Source of the DNA: Candidatus Brocadiia bacterium
GTDB taxonomy: Bacteria; Planctomycetota; Brocadiia; CAIUPP01
Direction: 5' to 3'
DNA length: 42,267 nt
Assembly (NCBI GenBank): GCA_050015075.1
Contig: JBEKCB010000037.1
Span: 1 to 42,267 of the forward strand
In this document: positions 17,290 to 25,935 of the stretch, piece after piece
Layout of the letters: every line of letters begins with the position of its first letter
Position numbering within the stretch: the first letter of the stretch is position 1
Program-made: the position numbers and the translations under genes
The notes under the pieces: generated by a model
Seen by the model: the letters and a program-made list of their open reading frames with translations, nothing else
Database searches by the model: none
What the model was told of the DNA's origin: nothing

Positions 17290-18726
17290 ATGAAGGTCAA
17301 CGTGCTGCAGAGGTTCACGCTGCTGAGCGCCGGGGCCACCGCCGTGCTGGCGGTCGGGATGGCCCTGATCGTGTCCTTCATCCTTTCCCGAAACCTCCTC
17401 TCGCGCGAGGCGCAGGTCACGACGGACGCATTGCGCGTCGTCACGAACGTTGACCTTCCGCAAGAGGAGTTCGACCGCGCCGTGCGCGAGAAGGATGAGC
17501 AGACGTTCCGCTACATCTGGGGGCACCTGCAGCAGATCCCGGAAGTGTTCCGGGTGAAGTTCTACGACACCACCGGAAAGATCGTCTGGTCCGACGAGCC
17601 TCGACTGATCGGCAAAGACTACCCGGATGATGAGGAACTTCACGAAGCACTTGACGGCAAAGTGAGCGTCGAGATGGGCGCGCGGAAGATTGAACACGAG
17701 TTCGAGAAGGGAATCGCGCCGGAAGCGGAAATGCTCGAACTCTATGTGCCGCTTCTCACCGAAAGCCGGCATTCGGTTTACGGCGTCGCCGAGATTTACA
17801 AACGCCCGACCGCATACCTGGAAAGGCGGCGCAACGGGCTGACCCTGGTTTGGGCCGGCACGCTCGGCGGCGGACTGGTGCTCTTCTTCTCCCTGTTCGG
17901 CCTGTTCCGCAGCGCGCTCCGCGAGCAGAACCGGCTTCACGCCGTTGAGCAGCGATATGCCGCGGTGGAGGCCGAGATGAAGGTGGCCGGCGCCATCCAG
18001 GCGCGCCTGCTTCCTCAGACTCTGCCGGAGGCGTCCGGATATGCATTGGCGGTTTTTTACCAGTCCCACCGCGAGATCGGCGGAGATTACTATGACGCCT
18101 ACCTTCTGGCGGACGGAAGCCTGTGCATGACCGTCGCCGACAACATGGGCGAAGGGATTCCCGGCGCGCTGCTGATGGCCGATACGCGCATGGCGATGGC
18201 CGCGCGGGCGGGCGCGCTGACGAAGGCGAGCGACGTCGTGCGGGCGGCCAACCGCGCGCTGGTCGCGACCGCGCCGCCGGAGACGTTCGTGACGGCGATC
18301 TTCGCCAAACTTGAACCCGGGACACGCCGGCTGACTTACTGCAACGCCGGCCACCCGCCGGGAATGGTGGCGCGCGGGTCCCGGATCATCCTGCTCGATA
18401 AGGGCGGCATGCCGCTGGCCGTGGAACTGGATGAGGAGTACGAAGAGGACGAGGTTCTCCTGGAACCGGGCGACGCGCTGCTGTTGTACACGGACGGGCT
18501 GATCGAGGCGGCGAACCTGAAGGAGGAACTCTTCGGCGAAGAACGCCTCGCGCGCGTCCTCGGCTACGCCGCCGCAACGCGCGATCCGGAGGCCATTCTC
18601 CGGCAGGTCCGCGAGGCGGTGGAGGCCTTCCGGGCCGGCGTGGAGCAGCGCGACGACGTCGCCATGCTGTGCATGGTGGTCAAGACGTCCGGGCCGGCGG
18701 AATCCGGCGACCGGACCTCGACATGA
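17290..18726 (+). CDS. Membrane-bound PP2C/SpoIIE (RsbU-like) Ser/Thr phosphatase with extracytoplasmic sensor domain
   Basis: Two TM helices; IQARLLP, EIGGDYYD, VADNMGEGIPGAL, NAGHPP, LYTDGLIEA, DDVAML. Confidence 0.9.
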   Translation: MKVNVLQRFTLLSAGATAVLAVGMALIVSFILSRNLLSREAQVTTDALRVVTNVDLPQEEFDRAVREKDEQTFRYIWGHLQQIPEVFRVKFYDTTGKIVWSDEPRLIGKDYPDDEELHEALDGKVSVEMGARKIEHEFEKGIAPEAEMLELYVPLLTESRHSVYGVAEIYKRPTAYLERRRNGLTLVWAGTLGGGLVLFFSLFGLFRSALREQNRLHAVEQRYAAVEAEMKVAGAIQARLLPQTLPEASGYALAVFYQSHREIGGDYYDAYLLADGSLCMTVADNMGEGIPGALLMADTRMAMAARAGALTKASDVVRAANRALVATAPPETFVTAIFAKLEPGTRRLTYCNAGHPPGMVARGSRIILLDKGGMPLAVELDEEYEEDEVLLEPGDALLLYTDGLIEAANLKEELFGEERLARVLGYAAATRDPEAILRQVREAVEAFRAGVEQRDDVAMLCMVVKTSGPAESGDRTST

Positions 18727-18763
18727 AGACCCGCAAGAGCGGTGGCTGCTCGCCTTATTCGCC

Positions 18764-18823
18764 GCTTGTAGTGTGCCCGTCAGGGCATACGTTAATGTAG
18801 CGCCTGACGGCGCCACTACAAGC
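18764..18823. repeat. GTAG-type REP doublet (REPIN), copy 1
   Basis: GTAGTGTGCCCGTCAGGGCA ... GCGCCTGACGGCGCCACTAC: two inverted GTAG-footed hairpins. Confidence 0.85.
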
Positions 18824-18990
18824 AACGCGCCCGCACAGGAGCGGCGCCTGTGCCGCACTTCTTCAACTGGCCGCTACGGTTTGTCTGAGCCTGGGGCCAG
18901 CAGGACGATAAATGCGCACCGCGCGAAGTAGAGCGCGGCTTGCAGAATGAAAAGCATCCGCCGATCCTCCTGCTGAACTCCGCCGCTCAG

Positions 18991-19123
18991 CAGCCCGTTG
19001 AAAAAGTGTGGCGCACACGCCATGCCTGGGCTAGCGGTTTGCTTGTAGTGGCGCCGTCAGGCGCTGCATTAACGTATGCCCTTACGGGCACACTACGAGC
19101 GGCCACACATTTTCAACGAGCTG
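18991..19123. mobile_element. MITE with IS-like terminal inverted repeats enclosing REPIN copy 2 (19041-19100)
   Basis: CAGCCCGTTGAAAAA ... TTTTCAACGAGCTG flanked by TCAG/TTAG; an inverted near-copy lies at 24246-24375. Confidence 0.75.
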
Positions 19124-19550
19124 TTAGCGCGCGGAAAAAAGCGGGCCGCTCATCCATGTCAGCAGGCTCTAGCGCCAATTCGGATGCCGCCAGGTCATTT
19201 ATTCCGAAGGCGCACACTGTAGAACCCACTCAAAACAAGGACGAGCGGCCACAATAGCCAATCCGATCAGGTCACGTTCGATGAATGGGAAAGCAAGTCC
19301 CGTGCCGTTGGGCCGGCCGCGTCGGCCCGGAGGAAGCGCAGCCGAAGGGCTTGCCATAAGACGCAATGTGATGGCGAGTTGCGGCCGGAGGTTTTGCCGG
19401 GGCTGGATTTGCGGCGCCTTGGAATGCTATGCGCGACGCGGCGCGGATGTCTCAGGGCGATACGGTACGTTGCAGATTGAATTGGAGCGGGTTTCGCAAA
19501 CGGTAGAACGACAGGCGCGTGAATTACGCGGCGCCCCGCGGGCAGAACCA

Positions 19551-19626
19551 ATCGTCCTCGTCCTCGGCCTCGGCCTCGAATTTCCGTTCAGAACGGCCGA
19601 GGACGAGGACGAGTACGAGTACGATT
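19551..19626. repeat. (GTCCTC)n ... (GAGGAC)n hexamer palindrome, copy 2
   Basis: atcgtcctcgtcctcggcctcggcctcg ... ccgaggacgaggacgagtacgagtacgat. Confidence 0.8.
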
Positions 19627-19660
19627 GCGATGCGATCATCGCACGCCTGCGCCGGCCGAA

Positions 19661-20695
19661 TCATCCCTCTCGCGCGGCGTCCACCAGCGCGAGAACGTTT
19701 TCGATCGGCACGTCGCGCTGGATGGCGTGGGCGGCGGCGAGAATGTAGCCTCCTCGGCCGCGGAAGAGCGCGGTCATCTTCGCGGTCTCCGCGCGCACGT
19801 CGGCGGCGGTTCCGAACGGCAGCGTGCGCTGCGTCGAGATGCCGCCGTAGAAGGCCAGCCGCCCGGCGAACCGGCCGGCGAGCCGCGCGACGTCCATGAC
19901 TTCCGGTTGAAACGGATTGAACACCTGCGCGCCGGCGGTGCGGAGGTCCTCCAGGACCGCCGAGCAGTCGCCGCAGCAGTGGAAGAAGACGTCGAGCCCC
20001 GCCGATTTCGCGGCGCCGAAGATCCGGCCGAGCCTCGGCGCGAAGTAGCGCCGGAACATGCCCGGCGAAAAGAGCAGCCCGGTCTGCTGGGCATAATCGT
20101 CATAGAAGAAGATGCCGTCGGCGCCGCGCCGGGCGACCTCGCGCACGATGCCGATGCTGAAGTGCATGAGCCGGTCGAGCAGGGCCTCGGTGAACTCCTC
20201 GCGCAGCGCCATGTCCATCATGAAATCCGCCATGCCGCGCAGGAACCAGGCGCGCTGAAACAGCGGCGAGCTGAAACAGGCCAGGAGATAGCGGTCGCCG
20301 GCGGTCGCGGCGATCTTTTCGTAGCCGCTCCATCGCCGCGGGTCGGCCGCGTCGGGGACCGGGCAGAGGTCCAGGTCCGCCGCGGCGATCACCTGGTTCT
20401 GGGGCACGCCGATGTCGTCGCCGCCGCGCTTGTCCCAGATGACGCCGAACTCGTCGCGGAAACGCTCCTCGCCGAGGGGCTCCATGAGCCCGGCGGCGAC
20501 GCGGTTGACCTCGGCGCCGGCGTTCGAGCCGACGTTGATCTGGAGGATGTAATTCCCGACCGCCTGGTCCACGTCGGGATTGCCGTAGTGCTCGGCGAGC
20601 CTCCGGCGCATCGGGCGCGTGAAGTCGAAATTGTACGGCATCGGGCGCACCGGCTGAAAGGCGAGTGTCTTGCGGACCGCCTCTTTGCGGGTCAC
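19661..20695 (-). CDS. Uroporphyrinogen decarboxylase / MtaA-CmuA methyltransferase family protein
   Basis: RDEFGVIW, LFQRAWFLRGMADFMMDM, DDYAQQTGLLFSP, FFHCCG, NPFQPE, GGISTQRTLPFGT, GGYILAAAHAIQRDVPIEN. Confidence 0.88.
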   Translation of the reverse strand: MTRKEAVRKTLAFQPVRPMPYNFDFTRPMRRRLAEHYGNPDVDQAVGNYILQINVGSNAGAEVNRVAAGLMEPLGEERFRDEFGVIWDKRGGDDIGVPQNQVIAAADLDLCPVPDAADPRRWSGYEKIAATAGDRYLLACFSSPLFQRAWFLRGMADFMMDMALREEFTEALLDRLMHFSIGIVREVARRGADGIFFYDDYAQQTGLLFSPGMFRRYFAPRLGRIFGAAKSAGLDVFFHCCGDCSAVLEDLRTAGAQVFNPFQPEVMDVARLAGRFAGRLAFYGGISTQRTLPFGTAADVRAETAKMTALFRGRGGYILAAAHAIQRDVPIENVLALVDAAREG

Positions 20696-20815
20696 CGGAG
20701 CAGCCTCCTATTGAAGAACCGTGACGAAGCTCCGGACAGGATAACAGGATCACGAGGATGAGAAAAGGCCGTCTTGCGCGTCCGGCGAAGCCGGCTTTTA
20801 GCGGCCCATTGAATC

Positions 20816-20906
20816 GCTCGTAGTGGCGCCGTCAGGCGCTACAATAATGTATGCCCTTACGGGCACACTACGAGCGTCACACTACGAGCGTCACACTACG
20901 AGCGTC
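20816..20906. repeat. REPIN copy 3 with triplicated 14-bp end (CACACTACGAGCGT x3)
   Basis: Core at 20816-20875, then gtcacactacgagc twice more, directly after the lexA stop. Confidence 0.85.
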
Positions 20907-20908
20907 CC

Positions 20909-21505
20909 TCAATACTTCCGCAGGACGCCGACGACGACGCCGCGGATTTCGACGTGTGCGGCATAGGTCGGCGACAGCTTCGGGTTCGCGGGCTGGAGGC
21001 GGATGCGGCCGTTCGGCTCGAGGTAGAATTTCTTCAGCGTGGCCTCGCCGCCGGGCAGGATGGCGACGACAGTCTCGCCGTTGACGGCGGTGGAGCGGCG
21101 CTCGCAGATGACGTAGTCGCCTTCGCGGATCTGTTCGTCAATCATCGAGTCGCCGCGCACGCGGAGGAGGAAAGGATCGGGGCGGCCGCGGATCAGCTCG
21201 GAGAGATCGAGCACCTCGCGCTCTTCGATCGCCTCGATCGGCGCGCCGGCGGCGATGGTCCCTGCCAGCGGGATGCGCCGGCCGAAATGCGGCCTGGGCG
21301 GTTCGGAGATTTCGATGGACCGCGACTGGTAGCGGCTGCGGCGGATGGCGCCGCGTTTCTCGAGCGCCCGGAGGTGCTGCAGGGCGGTGATCTTGGAGAC
21401 GCCGAATTCGCGCGCGATCTCCTCGAGCGTCGGCGCGTACTCGTGCGAGTCGCGGAACTTCCGGACGAAGCGCAGGACGTTGAGCTGTTTCGGAGTCAGG
21501 TTCAT
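20909..21505 (-). CDS. lexA: SOS repressor LexA
   Basis: LTPKQ...PTLEEIA winged HTH, IAAGAP cleavage site, VRGDSM (Ser), ATLKK (Lys), LQPAN. Confidence 0.95.
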   Translation of the reverse strand: MNLTPKQLNVLRFVRKFRDSHEYAPTLEEIAREFGVSKITALQHLRALEKRGAIRRSRYQSRSIEISEPPRPHFGRRIPLAGTIAAGAPIEAIEEREVLDLSELIRGRPDPFLLRVRGDSMIDEQIREGDYVICERRSTAVNGETVVAILPGGEATLKKFYLEPNGRIRLQPANPKLSPTYAAHVEIRGVVVGVLRKY

Positions 21506-21534
21506 CGGGGCCTTTCGCTCCAGAAGAGAGCCAT

Positions 21535-21578
21535 TAACCTCTGCCTAACATTATCGCGCGAGGGGCGGCTGAAGTCAA
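21535..21578 (-). promoter_or_regulatory. lexA promoter with candidate SOS box GTTA-N7-GTTA
   Basis: Minus strand TTGACT-N17-GATAAT, immediately followed by GTTAGGCAGAGGTTA. Confidence 0.55.
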
Positions 21579-21721
21579 GCCAATGAAAGTTGGGAATGCG
21601 GGCCAGGCCATCGAGAGCGCGGGGAAACAGGATCCGGGAAAACACGAAGGGCGCGCGGATCGGATCGAGACCCGCGCGCCCTCAACTATTGTCCTGCAAC
21701 TGCTCTTCCCGCGAAACGACT

Positions 21722-22432
21722 TCAGGCCTTGGCCATCTTCCGGCGGGCCAGCGCGCCGACGAGGCCGATTCCGAGGAGCGTCAGAGTCGCCGGCTCTGGA
21801 ACGCCGCCCGGGCCGCTGGTAGCGGTCGTGTCAGGAACGGGAATCCAGCATGTGAACGGCGGGGTATTGGTACCCGGATAGCTGCCGATGCCGGAGTTCC
21901 AGGCGTAGGTGCCGCACGAGCCGTCCTGCGCGTAGAAACTGCCCCACATCGGCGAGTGCGTGCACTGGAAGGTGAAAACGTCCGGGTTGCACGATTCGGA
22001 GAGTTCAACCGCATAAATGCTGGTCGGCAGGCCCGGATTGCTGCTGGTGCACTTATAGGTCTGTGGCGCGGATATCTCGCAATCGGCGCCGTTGAACCAA
22101 TCGAAAACCTGTTTGTAGTTGCTCGCCGTGACCGTGGAACTGACTTCGAGCAGCATGTGGCAGACCTGGTCCTGCAGGCACGTCTTGCCGTTGGCTTCGG
22201 TGAACGTGTATGTATATGTCCACATGCCGCCTGCGGCTTCCGAGATGTTCCAGCAAAGCTCGATCCCGGTATTCTTTCCGGAAGAGCTCCAGCCGCCGCT
22301 GCCGACGATCCCGTTGGAACCCGGCGTTGACCTGTTGCCCTGGAGATTGCTTCCCGTCACCGGGAAGCTGATTGCGCTCGCCACGGAAGCCATCAACGCG
22401 ACGATAAATGCGGCTGTGACCAGTTTTGTCAT
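21722..22432 (-). CDS. PEP-CTERM sorting domain protein (Cys-rich)
   Basis: Signal peptide and C-terminal VPEPATLTLLGIGLVGALARRK. Confidence 0.92.
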   Translation of the reverse strand: MTKLVTAAFIVALMASVASAISFPVTGSNLQGNRSTPGSNGIVGSGGWSSSGKNTGIELCWNISEAAGGMWTYTYTFTEANGKTCLQDQVCHMLLEVSSTVTASNYKQVFDWFNGADCEISAPQTYKCTSSNPGLPTSIYAVELSESCNPDVFTFQCTHSPMWGSFYAQDGSCGTYAWNSGIGSYPGTNTPPFTCWIPVPDTTATSGPGGVPEPATLTLLGIGLVGALARRKMAKA

Positions 22433-22523
22433 CTCTTCCCCTTTACAGTCTGAAAAGCACGCCCCCGCAGCTGACTAATCTCTCGATGCGCGCCACATGG
22501 CTGCGCTTACTAGCTTATATCGT

Positions 22524-22539
22524 AGCAAACCTTGTTCCT
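22524..22539 (-). promoter_or_regulatory. Candidate sigma54 (-24/-12) promoter of the PEP-CTERM gene
   Basis: Minus strand AGGAAC-AAGGT-TTGCT (GG-N10-GC). PEP-CTERM genes are commonly sigma54/PrsR controlled. Confidence 0.55.
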
Positions 22540-22872
22540 GCCGGGAACGGAATCGTAATTGGTGACAGATATTGCTGTAACGACAAGCCATATAAAGTCT
22601 TACGCCCGTAGTCCCGACTAGTTGAAATGTGGCGACTTCCATTGAAATGTTGTGCAGATTCAACACCCGGCCGACGCATGACTATTCCTTTAGACACGGC
22701 ACTATCCCGCAGATTCCGAGCCGATTCGCCCTCGGCGGGCCGCCCGAGACCTGCCGCGCCGCCCCTGGCTTCCATCCGCAAGGCCGCGGAAAGCTCCCGG
22801 CGGCGACCGCGCCTGCGATTATACCACGGCCTGCGCCCTGGGCAAGTGAATGATGTCTTCTCTTCGCGCATA

Positions 22873-23817
22873 CTACCCTCGCCGCCGGGCGCTCTTGAAG
22901 AACTCGACTGTCTTGAGCAGCCCCTCTTCGAACGACACCTTCGGCTCGTAGCCGAGGAATTTCTTTGCGGCGGAGATGTCCGCCAGGGAGTGCATCACGT
23001 CGCCGGCGCGGCGCGGCTCATATTTCGGCGGGACGTTCTTGCCGAGGAGCCGGTTGATCGCGGCGATGACCTGGTTGACGGTCACCGACGAGCCGCAGCC
23101 GACGTTGAAGACTTTGCCGGGCGCCTCGGGCGCCTCCGCGGCGAGCAAGTTCGCGTGGACGACGTTCTCGACGTACGTGAAGTCGCGCGACTGCTCGCCG
23201 TCGCCATAGACGACCGGCGCGCGGTCCTCGAGGATGGCGGTGGTGAAGAGCGGGATGGCGGCGGCGTATTGCGACTTGGGGTCCTGCCGCGGGCCGAAGA
23301 CGTTGAAGTAGCGCAGCGACACGGTCTCGAGCCCATAGCAGCGCCAGAAGGCATAGAGGTAGTGCTCGCCGGCCAGCTTGCCGACGGCGTAGGGCGAGAG
23401 CGGCTGCGGGAGCAGCGTCTCGACGCGCGGGAAAGTCGGCGAGTCGCCGTACGCGGCCGAGGACGCGGCGTAGATGACGCGCCGGACGCCCGCCTCTTTC
23501 GCCGCCCAGAGCAGCGCCACGGTGCCGTCAATGTTCGCGCGGTTGCTGGCGATCGGGTCGGCGACGGAGCGCGGGACGCTCGGCAGCGCGGCTTCGTGGA
23601 AGACGACTTCCGCGCCCTGGACCGCGCGCCGAAGCGCCGCCGGGTCGTTCAAGTCGCCCTTGATCACGGTCAGCCCGGTCTTGAACGCGGCCAGGTTCAC
23701 CTCGCGGCCGGTGGAAAAATCGTCCAGGATGCGCACGCGCGCGCCGCGCTTGAGGAGCGCTCCGGCGATGTGCGACCCGATGAACCCCGCGCCGCCGGTA
23801 ATCAGCCAGTCGCCCAT
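22873..23817 (-). CDS. NAD-dependent epimerase/dehydratase (UDP-glucose/GlcNAc 4-epimerase family)
   Basis: TGGAGFIGSH, HEAALPSVPRS, ASSAAYGD, SPYAVGK, LRYFNVFGPRQDP. Confidence 0.92.
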   Translation of the reverse strand: MGDWLITGGAGFIGSHIAGALLKRGARVRILDDFSTGREVNLAAFKTGLTVIKGDLNDPAALRRAVQGAEVVFHEAALPSVPRSVADPIASNRANIDGTVALLWAAKEAGVRRVIYAASSAAYGDSPTFPRVETLLPQPLSPYAVGKLAGEHYLYAFWRCYGLETVSLRYFNVFGPRQDPKSQYAAAIPLFTTAILEDRAPVVYGDGEQSRDFTYVENVVHANLLAAEAPEAPGKVFNVGCGSSVTVNQVIAAINRLLGKNVPPKYEPRRAGDVMHSLADISAAKKFLGYEPKVSFEEGLLKTVEFFKSARRRG

Positions 23818-23844
23818 GAATGCCCCCTTTCATCTTTCAGCACG

Positions 23845-23870
23845 TCGTAATCGTAATCCTAATCGTAATC
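23845..23870. repeat. (CGTAAT)n hexamer array
   Basis: tcgtaatcgtaatcctaatcgtaatc; same unit as the 35726-35816 palindrome. Confidence 0.7.
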
Positions 23871-23893
23871 GGCCGTGGTTCGCCGTTTCAGTC

Positions 23894-23955
23894 GCTTGTA
23901 GTGGCCCCGTCAGGCGCTATAGAGCAACGCATGCCCTTACGGGCACACTACGAGC
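23894..23955. repeat. REPIN copy 4
   Basis: gcttgtagtggccccgtcaggcgct ... atgcccttacgggcacactacgagc. Confidence 0.85.
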
Positions 23956-23984
23956 ATTGAGATTACTTCGCCGCCGATGCCCGG

Positions 23985-24179
23985 TCAAGGGACGTTCTCG
24001 TCGTCGGGCGGCTCGTCGTCGTCGGGATCGAGCAGGCCCCATTCGCGCTCCTGCTCTTTCCATCGCTCGCGCTGGCGGCGGCTTCGGCTGCGGACGACCA
24101 GGAAGACCAGGACGGTGGCGAAGGCCATGCCGCTCCAGAAGGTGATCGAGCCGAGGATCGTTCCCAGCATGGATTGCAT
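23985..24179 (-). CDS. Small single-pass membrane protein
   Basis: N-terminal TM helix, basic then acidic tail, GC3-rich codons, no overlap with real genes. Confidence 0.5.
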   Translation of the reverse strand: MQSMLGTILGSITFWSGMAFATVLVFLVVRSRSRRQRERWKEQEREWGLLDPDDDEPPDDENVP

Positions 24180-24190
24180 GGCCGTTCGGC

Positions 24191-24236
24191 GCCCCGAGCA
24201 AAGTCGAATGGGTTCCCCTGAGCGAAGTCGAAGGGG
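24191..24236. repeat. Two tandem CCCTGAGC..TCGAA.GGG REP-like palindromes
   Basis: gccccgagcaaagtcgaatggg and cccctgagcgaagtcgaagggg. Confidence 0.7.
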
Positions 24237-24245
24237 CGCCCCTAA

Positions 24246-24375
24246 CAGCCCGTTGAAAAAGTCTGGCCGCTCGTAGTGTGCCCGTCAGGGCATACGAAGT
24301 AGCGTCTGACGGCGCCACTACAAGCGAGCCACTAGCCAAGGCGTGGCGTGCGCGCCACACTTTTTCAACGGGCCC
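24246..24375. mobile_element. MITE (inverted copy of 18991-19123) enclosing REPIN copy 5 (24269-24325)
   Basis: CTAA-CAGCCCGTTGAAAAA ... TTTTTCAACGGGCCC. Confidence 0.75.
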
Positions 24376-24387
24376 CTCAGCGAGCGG

Positions 24388-25533
24388 TTACGTTTCGGGC
24401 GGCTTGGGCTTCGCCTCGACCACGTCGCGGTCGAGCAGCGCGGTGATCTCGGCCATGCGCTTCTGGACGTGCCGGATCTCGTCGCGCAACTCGGGCAGCT
24501 TGTGGAGCGCGGCGACGGCGCGCTTCATCTCCTGCATCGGCCGGGCGGGCGAGCCGAAGTACGTGCCGTTCGCCGGCAGCTCGTGGCTGACGCCCGACTG
24601 CGCGGCGACCTGGACGTTGTCGCCGATTTTCAGGTGCCCCGCCACGCCGACCTGCCCGCCGAAACTGCAGTGGCTGCCGATCTTCACGGACCCGCTGACG
24701 CCGACCTGGCTGACGAAAAGGCAGTCCTCGCCGACTTCGACGTTGTGGCTGATCACCACGAGGCTGTCAATTTTCGTCCCGCGTCCGACGGAGGTGTTGC
24801 CGAGTCCGCCGCGGTTGATGACTGAGTTCGCGCCGACGCTCACGTCGTCGCCGATGACGGTGATGCCGACCTGCGGGATGCGCTCGTACGGGGATTTCAG
24901 GTCCACGGCCGGCGCGCCGGCCGGCGCTCGGCCGCTGGCGAGCATTTCCAGGAGGTAATGTTTCTTCGCGTCCACCGGCGCCCAGCCGAAGCCGTCGCTG
25001 CCGATGCTCACGTTCGCGTGGATGATGCAGCGCTTGCCGATCCGCACGCCGTGGTAAATGGACGCGTTCGGGTGGATCCACGTCCCCTCGCCGATCGAGG
25101 CGCCCCGCCCGATGAAGACGCCCGCCATGATCGTGGCGCCCCTCCCGATTTCCGCGCCATCCTCGATCACCGCGCGCGGCCCGATCGAGACATCCTCACC
25201 GATCCGCGCCGTCGGCGCGACGATGGCCGTCGGGTGAACGCCCGGCGTGCGCGGCGCCCGCTGCTCCATCAGCGCGCCGACCGCGCGGGCGAAGGCCAGG
25301 TACGGGTTGATCGTCACGATCAGGTTCCTGCGCATATTGCGGAACGCCGGCGCGACGATGATCGCCGAGGCCTTCGTCGTCTCCAGGAAGGGCGTGTACT
25401 TCGGGTTGCTGACGAACGTGATCTCGCCGGCTCCGGCGTGGTCAATCGCGGCTACGCGCTCGATGACGCATTCCCCGTCGCCGACCAGTTCACCCCCGAG
25501 CAGGGCCGCAAGGTCGCGCAGCTTCAAAGCCAT
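24388..25533 (-). CDS. lpxD: UDP-3-O-(3-hydroxyacyl)glucosamine N-acyltransferase
   Basis: ITFVSNPKY, NPYLAFAR, hexapeptide repeats, IGSDGFGW, IPQVG, GTKIDSLVVISHNV, GQVGVAGHL. Confidence 0.93.
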   Translation of the reverse strand: MALKLRDLAALLGGELVGDGECVIERVAAIDHAGAGEITFVSNPKYTPFLETTKASAIIVAPAFRNMRRNLIVTINPYLAFARAVGALMEQRAPRTPGVHPTAIVAPTARIGEDVSIGPRAVIEDGAEIGRGATIMAGVFIGRGASIGEGTWIHPNASIYHGVRIGKRCIIHANVSIGSDGFGWAPVDAKKHYLLEMLASGRAPAGAPAVDLKSPYERIPQVGITVIGDDVSVGANSVINRGGLGNTSVGRGTKIDSLVVISHNVEVGEDCLFVSQVGVSGSVKIGSHCSFGGQVGVAGHLKIGDNVQVAAQSGVSHELPANGTYFGSPARPMQEMKRAVAALHKLPELRDEIRHVQKRMAEITALLDRDVVEAKPKPPET

Positions 25534-25652
25534 CTGGTTCTCCGAGTCGTTCCGCGCAAGGTCTCAGCCCGACCGCGCGGGGTCGGGCAACGTACGATTT
25601 TAGCAGACTGGCCGCAGGTGTCAACCGAGAACGGCGGCGACGAGGTCAGAAG

Positions 25653-25697
25653 TATGAATGATGAGTGACGAAGTGCTTCATCATTCATCACTCATCG
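25653..25697. repeat. Heptamer-unit hairpin (GATGAAT/ATTCATC type)
   Basis: atgaatgatgagtgacgaag-tg-cttcatcattcatcactcatc. Confidence 0.7.
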
Positions 25698-25935
25698 CTC
25701 ACACTTTCCCCGCCCTCCTGACGCTCCCGCGGCAACAGCCGCCGCGGCTTCCGCCACGGAAAAGCGCGCTCGCGGCATCTCGCTGTCGCTCGCCCGGCAA
25801 CAACGGAGGTTGCTCGATGGAAAGCTCGTCGAGCGCAACTTCAGCCGGCGCCGCCGGTTGCGCATTCGGCCTCCTCGGCTTCTCCACGGCATGGCGTTCG
25901 CGCTTGTGGAACGCGGCAAAGGAGAGTCGAAAACC

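Noticed and set aside
18940-19899. Short ORFs 18940..19257, 19281..19748 and 19519..19899
   Set aside because: Largely translations of the MITE and hexamer repeats, with no recognisable domains.
22627-23850. 407-aa plus-strand ORF
   Set aside because: Antisense shadow of the epimerase.
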